Shown here piece after piece: positions 12,001 to 24,000 of a stretch of DNA of 50,942 bases. The DNA is from a bacterium (GTDB lineage: Bacteria > Omnitrophota > Gorgyraeia > Gygaellales > Profunditerraquicolaceae), in contig SCRK01000054.1 of the NCBI GenBank assembly GCA_004298075.1, positions 1 through 50,942 of the forward strand, read 5' to 3'. The notes under the pieces were generated by a model. The model did no database searches. It saw only the letters and a list, made by a program, of their open reading frames with translations, and was not told where the DNA came from. Within the stretch, counting starts at the first letter, position 1, and every line of letters begins with the position of its first letter. A program made the position numbers and the translations under genes.

Positions 12001-15000
12001 CCGAGTTCCTTTATCCGGGCTGTAGCGCTTCGCCCGTAACTTTAATAGGAGGAAAATGGATAAGTCAAAATAGCAATGAGATATTAAATATCGCGATCCA
12101 AGAAGATTCTGCGCCGGAATTGGTCATGGATAAGAGCGATAGCATGGAAAGAATAGGGAAGGTTGATTTCCACATTATTAATAAACTGGATATTCAAGTA
12201 ATAAATATCGAAATTGAGGATGTATTCTTAGGCAGAAAGCATTCATATGATCTTCTTGATTGCCTATTTTTATATTATTATCTGCAGGGGGCGTTTTCTT
12301 TTGAAGTTGTGAAAGTTCTTAATCCCCTTATCGCAAGAATGTTAATTAATATATATGGCTTTGATGCATATTTTAAGGACCGCAGAGTTGCTGCGGTTAT
12401 TGGAGAGAGCAAGGAGGGGGGGAAGGCCCAGATATATTTTGAGGATTGGATGGGTGAAGATATTCTGGAGAGGAATCTTTATGTAGGAGACATATTATTG
12501 GAATTAGAGGTTGTACAAAATACTCCCGTGCCCGGGACTAAGATCTATATAGGAGACCGCTATCATTTAAGGGACGAAGTACTCTTTAAGTCCAGGATGC
12601 AGCAGGTTATACGCAGGTGGACTGGCATCAGCGATTTTATGGTAAAAGGACCAATCGGCTCTTCCCCGCTTGCCTCCGCGCAAGGAGAGAGAAGGAGCGC
12701 AGAAGGGCTCCTGCCCAGTCTTTCCATTAAAAATGGCGCCAGGGTAGTAAAATGGGATAATTTCTACGAACTCGTATGCGCTTCGCCGGTAGTTTCTCCT
12801 TTCCGTAATTTTCTTTCTCATGCCCAAAGGACAAGAGCTTTGTTCAGGTCTATATGGTCAGCCAATGCGCCTCCGCTGATTATCGCCGCTATTTTATCAG
12901 TGTTTCTTTCTGCTCCCGCCTCCGCCAATTATTCTAAAACTTCCACAATCCCTTCAAGAGAGGAGTTAATCGAGAAGATAAGACAAAATGATGCCGATAA
13001 GATACGCCTTCTTGATGTCCTCATCAAATCCGGTTTAACCAGTGAATTAGCAGAAGCCATAATTGACCTTAAGATAAGCTGGCAGCAGGCATATGAGCTT
13101 GGCTGCAAGTTGCGGGATAATTACAAAAAAGGCATTTTAATGCTTACCGGTGGTAGGCTTCCGGAAGCAAAGGAGGTATTCTTAAAGATACTGGGCATGG
13201 AGAAAAGAATCGCGCCCGTCCATTATTCTTTGGGGATAATAGAGCTCGCCTTGAATAATCCCGAAGAGACCAGGCGCTACGCGGAAACAGCGATAAAATT
13301 GGAGCCGGGACATCCGCTAGGATATGAGTTGTTAGGGTATGCCTACATCGCTTTGGCCGTTAAAAAAGAGCAAGAAGGCGCAAGCTTGAAAGAAATTATC
13401 TTCTGTTATCGGCAGGGTATTCATAATCTAGAAAAGGAGATAAGATTGTTCCCTTCATCGGGGTATGGTGTTAAAGACCTGATAGGGAAAGTACGGGAGG
13501 TTATCCAGGGGTTGGAGGGCACATCTCCTGGGAGGCAACCGCTAAAACATGGCCCTGTTTTGAAAGAGAATAAACCGCAAGACAGCCCTGACAATAACCG
13601 CCGTAGCGGCTCCTCGCCTATTTCAGTAGGATTTCTGACAATCCCTGATTATGCGGATATTTTAGACACTATTAAGGCGATAGGAATGGCGACGAGGCAT
13701 TATAACGAGAGACAGTATCGTGCTATTAGGCGCTTTTCGGTTCCGGAAGGAAAAGTCGTTTGCGCTTCGCCGTTGGCATACGGGAAATATCCCGGTATCC
13801 CCTTCTACCCGGTTGGGATACCCGTTGATCTGGATGATTATTTTAAACTGCACTATCCTCGCGGTTTCAGTGTAAAAACTAAGGTAGCTTTTGTCAGAAT
13901 AAAAGATGCGCTCAACCTATTCTTGCCGGATGATTTTAGCGCAATATTAGAAGGAAAAATCAACCATATCCTGAAGATCGCAAAAGGGTATTATCCTAAT
14001 GGTCCTTCTCGCGATGGGCTGGTATTTAAAACCCCCGGTATAAGCTTAACCCGTATGAAATCCATGGTTATTACGACTGATATAGAGTCAAATTTTAGCG
14101 AAAGTTATTTAGAAGGCTGCAGTTTAATCATTCGCCTGGTCCGTCAGACAGAGTTGCTCCTTGATATAATCCAGGCTGGCTCGCAAGAAGACGGCATAAT
14201 AGTGCGCGCAGGATCCCCCCTGGGGAATACTCGTGATGATTTATTATTTGCTCTGGATGGCTTGCAAAAAGAGATCGGCCTTGAAATATCTCTTCTGGTT
14301 CTGCGTGTAGGTCTATGGTTAGGCCTGCCGATAGAGGAATTTTCCGCCAATGCTGAATCTCTGGTTAAGGGGATGAAAAGTTGGGATAGCCATAAGAAGA
14401 TCGCCATATTTTGGGCTTTAAGGGATTCCGCGAACAGGCTCCCCAGAGATGATGAAAAATCCTTACCCCTGACAATAGCAAAACCTTTGTTTGATTTAAG
14501 CGAAAATGAACTAAGCGCATTGAATATGGCATTGGCAAATTCCGGTTGGAAACTCCACAGGATCGGCGAGGGTTCGGTAGAGTTGATGCCGGCGGCTATA
14601 TTTGTCGTAGAGGACCTGATCAAGAAAGAGCTTGGCGAATATGAATACGAGAGGTTATTCGGGATTTTAGGCAGGTTCAATGACTTCAGGGAGAAGTTAC
14701 TAAGATTAGCCGCTATTGGCAGGGAACTTGCTGGCAGCTTAGAGCCGGAGAGGCAATTCTCTTCTTCCTCTATCGGGGTATCTACCTTTGAGCAGCCGGA
14801 TTTTGAAGAGTTATTTTTTAACCACTCTAATCTCGAGCGGCTTTTTAATTCCGGAGAGAGGCAAGTTATATATTTGGCGGAAAGAGGCTGGGGTATAGGC
14901 GAGATTACGTCAATAGGCGGGGCTTTACCGAAGATAAGGTTCCCAAGCACAAAGCCCGCAGAGAGGGAGTTCAATAGAGCCGAGATATTAAGGTCCGGTC

Positions 15001-18000
15001 AGCTTCTTAGGGGGGAATACCATGACCTCTACGTAAAATATAGTAGGTCTCAAGCAAAACTGTTGCCTAAGAAGCCCCTTGGGCGGACACGGCATGAAAC
15101 CGGTTTTATACAAAATTTTCTTGCTCTTTTACCTTCGCAGGAAGATGTTCAAGAAATAGAAAAACTGTTGGCTAATCTTTTGGCTAGGCTTCAAGACGCC
15201 GTGATGGGCGGGAAGGAGATTACTCAAGAAGAGCTGGTTTATTTTTCAAATCAGCTTAGCCGGAATTGCCCGATATTAATTGAATTAGGGCAAAAGCCGG
15301 CTTTTTATCGGCCTCTGCACAGTTACACGGGAAATGAAGAAATAAAGGCCCTGCTTTTCTTGCTTTTGAGATTGAGAAAAATCCTCAAAATGATGGGTAT
15401 AAGCAAAAAGAAGGGATTTACGCAAGGAGAAAACAAGATAAGGACCCTGCTCCAGGAAAGATCGGATAAATTATCAACGGCTTCTCCGTTGATCACTGGA
15501 GCCATGGTAGCGGTGGTCGGCGGGATAGCCGCAGCAAGCTCGATACGCATGATTATTTTTGATATGGGCAAGACGCTTTATTACAGCAGGGAGCTTTCAG
15601 AGGCGCAGAAGAAGCTTACTTGCAGATTTGCCCTGGAGAAGTTAGGCAAAGCGGTTACCGAGTCCCAGGTGAGGGAAACTATCGCTAGATTGAACAGCAT
15701 GAGTGGGATGCTGCGCTATTATGGGCTTGAGAATTCAGTAGCAGAGTATTTGCGTTATTTAGGAGTACATCTTTACCCCGTGGATTATCTCATCCCGGTT
15801 CCCGGGCAGAGAGAGCTACTCGCCAGATTGGTAAAGAATGGTCTTATCCTGGTAGTGGCCACTAATACCGGCATCAAATTCAGTGAGGAGGCCCTTAAGG
15901 CGACCGGGGTACGCCGGTATTTTACCCGGGTGATGACTCAGGAAGAGGCAGGTTTTGGCAAGCCGCATCCCCGGCAACTGGAGCTTCTTCTAGAGGAGTT
16001 TGCAGCTAAACCTTATGAGATCAAACCTCACGAGGTAATTGTAGTAGGGGACCGTTGGGATATCGATATAGTCCCAGCGCTCGCCATAGGGATGCATGGT
16101 ATTGAGGTAAGAGGCCCCGAGGACCTGGTGGATAATCTGGAATCAAAGATCAGGGCTCTATGCGAGCAGGTAAGTTGCTCTTCTCCCGTAGGATTTGGGA
16201 AGATTGAATTCCGCCAGGGCCTGGGCCCGGTCATTAAAGGGGATATTGCTTTTGGTGAGAAAAATCTGACGGTAATCTTCACGCACGGCAGGGGGAAAGC
16301 TATCGACTATTTAAAATTCAGTGAAGAGCAGCGGCTGGAGAAGGAAAAAAGAAGGCTGCCGTATTATCAGGAAGCGCTGGAAGAAGGTGGATTCCTTTAT
16401 AGCCTTGCCGAAGCAGGATTCAATGTGCTTGCCTATGAGCATTTTGCTCCGTGTGATGAAAGGAACCCTTTGTTTACCTCGAGAGAATTAAGCAGATATT
16501 TAGAGGGGGCATACCGTTATGCCAACCGGCAATTCGCAGGCATATCCCAGGTGCATTTGGCGGAGAGCTTGGGCTGCCGCATATTTATGCAATGGCTCAT
16601 GGGTTATTTCCTTGATGATGACGGAATGCCCAAACTGCCTGAAGAGAGGCTGAATATCAAGCGTGTTTACCTGCTTAACCCCGTCTTTACTTTTACTGAA
16701 AACTTTAAGAAATCCCGCGGCATAAGGTTGGCATCCGCTATTCACGGAATTAAAGCCTATTTCGCAGGAAGGAAGAATTATCTGATGGAGGAGATCATGT
16801 CTGCAGATTACATGAAAGATATCTTCGTTCCTTTCCTGCATATCTATTTATTTCTGGCAAATAATAATAAATTGGATTATCTCCCGAAGGTTGTGGTCAT
16901 CAATTCCATAAGTGAATACGGCTATCCCTATCCGGATGCAGAAATGAGCCTTAAGCGCAAATTACTTTTCAGGCGTGCCCCCGGGACAGACGGGGTTGCC
17001 GAACTGCCGGAGGAATTTCCTTGCGGCATGCGGCAGTTGCCTATTATCCGGGGTGTGCCGCATTTTGCCACCGCCAAGGAGGCAAAAATAATAAATTCCA
17101 TTATGTCAGACATATCATTTAGCCGCGTGGTTTCTTCCTCGCCGCTGGTTGAGTTCTTAGGGATCTTATCAGGAGAAGGATATGCTGGTTTTGTGATCCA
17201 GGAGGTACGGAAGGGGCTTGCCCGCGCGATAGGAAGCCTGGTTTCAATCATTTTTTCTTCTTCTCCCGCGAGAAAAACCTCTCCATTTTCCCAAAAGGAA
17301 AAAACGCTTTTTAATATGTTGAGAAAACAGACTTGGTCAACTTATGAGCCTTTTGAAGTAAAGTCAGCCGTCAGCATCTTTCTTAAAGGCATATTCCGCT
17401 CGGGTAAGAAGAAAAAAGTGGACGATATCATGGGCCTGCGGATTATCAGCGCGGACATGTACGCGGCTAAAGAGATCGTGATCAATTTTTTCAAGAAAAA
17501 CGGGATTATGTATAAACCGCCGGAACTTAAGCTTAAGTCTAAAAAAGGATATGAAGCCACACATATAAACTTCAGCCTAGGTTTTTCCGGAGGGAGAAAG
17601 CCGCTGCCTTATGAAATAATGATCATGGCTCCCCGGGAATATGAAGGATATATCAGTGGGAGAGAACCAAGGGAAGGCTATCCGGCAGCAGTTCCTCTTT
17701 GGGCATATGAAAAATACAAACGTCCCTGCGAGCCGCTAAAGGGGGATGAACAGATTTTTTCCCCAGATGAAATCCCGCTCATCCATGATTTTAAAGAGAA
17801 TATGAGACGTATCCGCGCATCCCTGGGAAATAAGATATTCGTGATGTATCTGGGGCAGAAGAAAGAGGGGATGAGCATGCAAGTTGTGAGCTTGCCGAAG
17901 AAATCGCGGCCCGAGGATTTATTCAGTATCCTTTATCCCGAATGGGAAAATGAAGGAAAACACTTTCCTGGATTCCAGAAGATAAATATCGGAAAAGACG

Positions 18001-21000
18001 GAAAAGGCCTTCCATATGAAGTTTCGCGGACAGTTCTAAAAGAAGAAAAGCCGCTGGAAAATCTGATGGTCGTGACGTTAAATCATGCTAAGAGACCCGC
18101 AAAGCCTTCCGCTTCTCCATTGTTGATGGAAAGTCGTGACCTTGGGCGGCTCAAAAAATTGTTCCCTATTTCCGGTAATATCTCCAGCGATAAATCAGGC
18201 GGTTACATAATTAACGCACTTACGAAGGATGAGGGTATCAATTTACGGATCCAGGAATTATTTCGGGAGTCATTGGATATCCTTACGCAAAGAAAGGCAT
18301 TCGGTAACCTGCTTCCCGCCGGCTGGGAGCGCAGCTTCCCCTTTGAGATCACTGTGAAAAAAGACATTTTCTCGTCAAGCCGGGATAAAGGATGCATTGT
18401 ATTGCCTCTACAGGCGGTATATTACCCGATGCTGTCCGCCTTTATAATCCGTCACTACATCCACAAGAAAATGCGGAAAACCTGCGAAGTGCATCAGGCA
18501 GACGCGATTTTTATTTTGAAGCTTAGAGGCGATGAGCGCAAGGCGATCCTCTCCGCACTAAAAACATACGATTATCCCGAGATAGGCAGGTTGGAGGGGC
18601 TGGAGAAGGCGATAGCGGATAAGAACATGCAGGAAATGTTCTCTTATATTTATAACGTAAAACCTGACCAGATGAGTATAGGTAAAGACAAAGAAAGCCA
18701 TATTTTTTATAATCTTATCTCTAAATTTGCAAGGCTCAATGTCTCAAGCGGCAGGATTTTGAGCCTGGCCCTAGGCATTATCACCATATCCGAAGATAAT
18801 AATGAATTGGATAATCTGCTAACGGGGCTATCGTATGTACCGGAATGGCAGGAGATCCTTTTAAAAGACAAGGCGGATATGGGGGTACTGGCGAGAAAGC
18901 TGGATCAGTTGCTTTCGGAGGGCATTTGGGAGATCCATCATAAGGATATCGGCCGCCGCTGTGCGCTATTGGCGATTGTAAAGAAAACTTTGCTGGGTTT
19001 TCAGAAAATAAAGGCCAAAGAACCAAATAACGCGCCACATAACAAAAATGCACTGGCGAAGCATTTTAATAACTATGCGGCTATGGTAAAAGGACTGTTG
19101 GGAGAAGTCTCCGGGGTCCACAAATATACTTTTATACACAAAGATACCTTGCACGCCTTAGGAGATACTAATCTGATATTGGGATTGGATGAAGTAAACC
19201 CTATCTATATCTCAGGTGCCGGCATTCAAAAAGAATGCGACGGCGTAAGCTTTGACCTGCAAGCTGGTCAAACTAATAGTGAAAGCAGCGGCTGGACCAT
19301 TTATGAATTTAAGTATAATCTAACTTTATCCGATCTGGTGCATCAGATAGTCGGACAGGATAGGGGAATTTCTGTTTTTCACCTTGTTTTAGACGGGCAT
19401 AAGAGGAAAACAGTGCTTCTGCGCGTTAAGCGCGTAGTGGTCTTCGGTGAACATGCCGCTCCGGAGTTGATAATCAAACAAGTATCTTTCGCTGAAAATA
19501 GCGCCACTTTGCCAGTGTCGGTGAAAGGCATGGGGCCACTGACAAAGCGGTATGGGAGGAATGAAGAAGGTTTTACTATCAGGTACACATTAGGGGAATA
19601 TAAATTATTCCTTGAACAGCAAAGGCCGGACATAAAGACAGCTTTAGAAGAAATATTCGGGAATATGCAGTTGCACAATATAACCGTGCCATTTGAAGCG
19701 TGCATAACCATAAATAACCCCAAGCCTTCCTCCAGTTCTCCTGTTGCAAAGGTGCAGGTTGCCTACGCGCAGCCTAAATTAGGAGAGGGAAAATGGAGAT
19801 TCTCGAAGGGGCAAGAAAGGAAATGGGTGCAGGATATCGAAGTTAAATTCAAACACCAACGGTACGGGCTCCTGGCGGATATCTATCGTAAGATAGGCAC
19901 TAAAGCCAACTGTACCTTTATGGCCATGCAGGAGGGCGCGGGCTTATATACCTTGACATTGGGCCTGGAATTCCCCAAAAAGATGGTTTTAAATAAGGTC
20001 ATCACCGCCTTAAATTCCATAAAAGATTATCCTCTTGACGCAGGAAGCAAGACCGAGACTTATGTGCTGGAGTTTGATCTGCCGAACCGCCCGGGAAGCA
20101 GGATTAATCTGGCAAATTTCTTTGAGTTGAATAAGATCAGCGTATCTCAGTTCCTTACCCCGCGTATTTCCAATACCAGGAACAGGGTCCATTTTATCTT
20201 TGAACTGGAGATACCGGCGGGTTGTTCTCTTGAGGAGCTCCTGAAAGGGCTGGAGAAGAAGATTGATTGCGGGAACGCCGACCTCTTCCGTGGCAGGCTG
20301 GTTGATAAGATATTGAATAGGTTCCTGGTGTCTTTAATAAGCAGGGGAATAGCATTACGCAATGGAGATAGAGAGAGTCTTAAGAAAGCCCTGGAGATGG
20401 CTGCCGAGACCCAGTTGAGCTGCGCCAGAAAAGACAGGGCCATGCCGTATATTATGCACCCTATAGGCGTGGCGGAAATAGCCGTAGACCTGGTTTTACT
20501 GGCAAGGGATGAACTATTGAAATATTGCATATTTGACCCTCGCATAGACGGCGGAGGATTGATCCTTCTGGAGAAAGCCGGCCTTTTGCATGATGTAATT
20601 GAAGACGCCGGAGAGAAAGCAGGGCTCGTTAAGGAAAGGATCCGCCTGGAGTTTCCCGATGTATATCCAATTCTGGAGATCTTGTCCAGGAGGCCGGGAG
20701 AGAGCGAGGAGGCTTATCTGCGGAGGATCGTTACGGCAGCGCACACTTTTGGCTTGGAGGGGGCTATCGCCCTGCTCATTAAGATCGCCGACAGGATCCA
20801 TAACCTCTCGACTATTTACAGGTTAGACAGGGCCGCGCAGCGTAAGGCAGTCTTCTCAACTTTGAACACATTCATACCGATACTCATTAACAATATTGAT
20901 CTTGAGCTGATTCCCAGAAGCTCCCGCGATGTGATTGATCTGGCGTTAAAAAGATTTAAATACCAATTACTTAAGACAAGTAGAGGCGTTAACCTGATTG

Positions 21001-24000
21001 ATGAAGAGATGGTTATAAGAACCAAAGAATTTTCAGGATACATTAAAGAGGAATTAAAGCGGAGGGAGATATTTAAACAGGGAAGAAACCGGGAATATTT
21101 GCTTTTAGAGCCCTATCAGGAAATTATTAATGGGTTTAAAACCCCTGCCCTTATTTATCAGGAATTATATGTATCCGTCTCGCCAGAAAGAATTTCCGGA
21201 GCGGGGAGAACAAGTTCTCCGGTTAACCGCCTTAATTTCCCGGACATAGAAGTTGCTGTAATGCCTTCGCAGTGCGATGAAAGTCTGGCGAGAGTTTTGG
21301 CGGACTCAATTGTACCTTCAAAATTGGGCCTGGTTATCAACGGCGCGTCTTTTGAACCCCAGCGAATAACTGCTATACAGATAGCTTCAGTTCGCTCTGA
21401 TTTCAATGTTTTATCCGCGAAGAAATATGACGGTTTGGAAGCATGGCTTATTAACCTTTATCCTAAAGAGGTAACAATCAATCTCGCCAGGCCTTTTAAG
21501 CAGCAGGCGATGATATACCGCAACCAGGCCTTCGCGGTTTACAGAATAACTTTAAAATCCGGTGATTTGACTTTAGGTCATTTCTCTATCGCGGCAAAAT
21601 TAGACACAAAAGATAAATTCAGGATCCCCGCGATATTAGCGGAGGTTGCCGCTAACGGTTCTTCTCCGTTGGGGGCCTGCGTGGCTGGGCGTGGATTAGA
21701 ATATTTGCTTTATAATGGAGAGATAAGCGGCGCTAAGCAAAACTGGTTGCTGCCGACTTTAAGTATATTCACCAGTGGATATTTTCATGCCAACGTTTTG
21801 AATGATATAGGGTTAATCGCCGCTGGAAAGACGGCCTATCCGGCATATTCCGGCAGGGCTCCGCCTTCCAGCAACGTATCCTCTCCGCTCAAGAAAAGCC
21901 CGGATCCCGCGACCAAGAAAAAAGGGCCTTCTCGTGTCGCTTCGTTCAAATCTCTATGTCAGGACCCTTTATCCACGGCCGTTGTTATAGTTTTTGTAGT
22001 TCTGGTTGCTTTATTCGCAAACGCTATTTTTTCCTTGATGATCAACTCCTGTCTTGGGCCTCGCTATGCCATATGGTTCTTCACAACGGTATGTATTTTA
22101 GTTATTTCTGCCGTTCTATTTGCTTTGGTCTTTCCTTATCTTGTTTCTCTGCGCACAGCTTTCATTACGGGAATCATTATAGGGGCTGCTTTTGGCTTTT
22201 TAGGTAAATGCGTTAGCGAATTTTGCCTTGAGTCCCCTATTACTTCCAGCCAGGCTTTGATTTGGTTTTCCCTTACCATAATCGCAAGCGGCTATCTGCA
22301 TTGGCGCCTCGCGCGCAAGGATGGCTTTTCCAAACCAGGCAAGGAGGATAAAAATGATGCCGGCTCCAGAGAGAATAAAGCTTCCTCCCCAGTACAGAAA
22401 AGCATTTTAATGAAAGATAAATATCCCCGGATTGAAGCGGTAGCCAGTTTCCCTGAATCGTTTGCGAAGGCAGTAAAACAAAATCATGGCGAAATAATCT
22501 ATGCTTCACATCTAAATTTTACGCGTTTCAATCCCGATTTTCTTTTGTCTTTTTATTATGGGCACCTTGATGAGCGGCTGGTAGATTTTATAGAGCTTAA
22601 ATATGGCGCCTGGCTCCGTGAACAAATACTGACTTTGCATGAGGCCTTCTTTAAAGGAGTCATTAGCTGCCTGCAAGGGTATCCCGGGTTACTTTTCGCC
22701 GGCATAGAAAAAGATAGGATTGGCAAGACGGTAAAGCTGTTAAGCGCGTACAATACACCGGCTATTATTGTTCCTACCAGGAATGAAGGCGCGGAACCCG
22801 TTTTTGAAATGCCCAAAAATAGCGTTATTCCCGAGTATTTTGATAATTTCTGGTTGACCGGATGGGGGAAGCTTACGCGCATATTCGGGCATCTGGGGGT
22901 AAAAAATGCATTGGTAGCGGGAGAATTCAATTTTCCCGATACCCTCGCTTGCGTAGAAGCTTCGCGCTCTCACTTGAACAGTTTTTTTAGGGCAAGAATA
23001 CTTCCGGAATATACCTTTCCGGGAGTAAAATCGCACATTATTGGCGAATATGTGAGGCAATGCGCAAAGAAGTCTCTTTATCTGCTCGAGCAGCAAAGTG
23101 TTTTTACTTCCTCTCCGTTAAACCCAGGTAATTTCAATTGCAGGGATCTGTTGCCGGATTTAAATAGCCTGGGACATTTATCATGTGTTAACTTTAACAA
23201 GAAGATAACTCTTTGTCTGATTGTGATGGTGGGAATAATAATCTATCTAATATATCCGCTGGTATCAGTAAAAGGGAATGTAATGGGAGGGGTAGAAATT
23301 GTAGAAAAATCTCCAAAAGAAGATCATCCGGAAATCGGTACGGCCGGAGCTGCGCAGTTGGACAAATCCGGCTTCCTTGGGGAGCTTAAAAAAGAGATAA
23401 AAGCTACCTGTTCAAATGGTAGTTTATTTCTTGCAGCATTGATCACGATGGCGGGAGCATTGTTTAGCAAATGGTTTTTTGACGCAAGATACGCTATTTA
23501 CTCGGTTTTTATAATCTTAGGAGCAGGAATTGTCGCCGTCTTTTTTAATGTCGTGGAATCTTTGTTGTCGCAAGACAAATCCAAAAATAATAACCCCATA
23601 AGCTCCGATAAAAACTCGATAAATAGATCTTCAAGCCCCGCTTTCGTTACGGAAGCAAGCTCCTTCCATAGCCTTCGGCCGAGGGTTAAGGGTAACGCCG
23701 CTGAATTTAAGACCACGGATTTACGCAGGGCTTTTATGGAAAATGGCTTGCAGATCATCGGCCATTTAAGTTCAGAGGGAGCAAGAAGCCGTATCTACAA
23801 GGCTGTTGAGCTATCCAGCGGGATCCCCGTGGTAGCGCGTCTGCCTAAAAACGGTCAACCTCTCAATAATAGTTTTGCCCAGCGGTGGATCGATAAACTG
23901 CAGGGGAGGACGCACCCGGGCATTATACAGATATATAAGGTTGATAGTATTATTTTGCCTGGAAAAGGAGACACGGAATATCAGGTCACAGAGTATGTGG

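Noticed and set aside
14144-14974. 276-aa minus-strand ORF, the longest entry in the ORF track
   Set aside because: It lies entirely antisense to the open + phase, which I translated codon by codon here with no stops. Its product is Ser/Leu/Pro-rich low complexity with no recognisable motif, so it is a typical shadow ORF.
21956-22207. 83-aa plus-strand ORF in another phase, and the ten other short + ORFs in the track
   Set aside because: All are in the two non-coding + phases and overlap the giant ORF. This one merely re-reads the hydrophobic TM-coding region out of frame.
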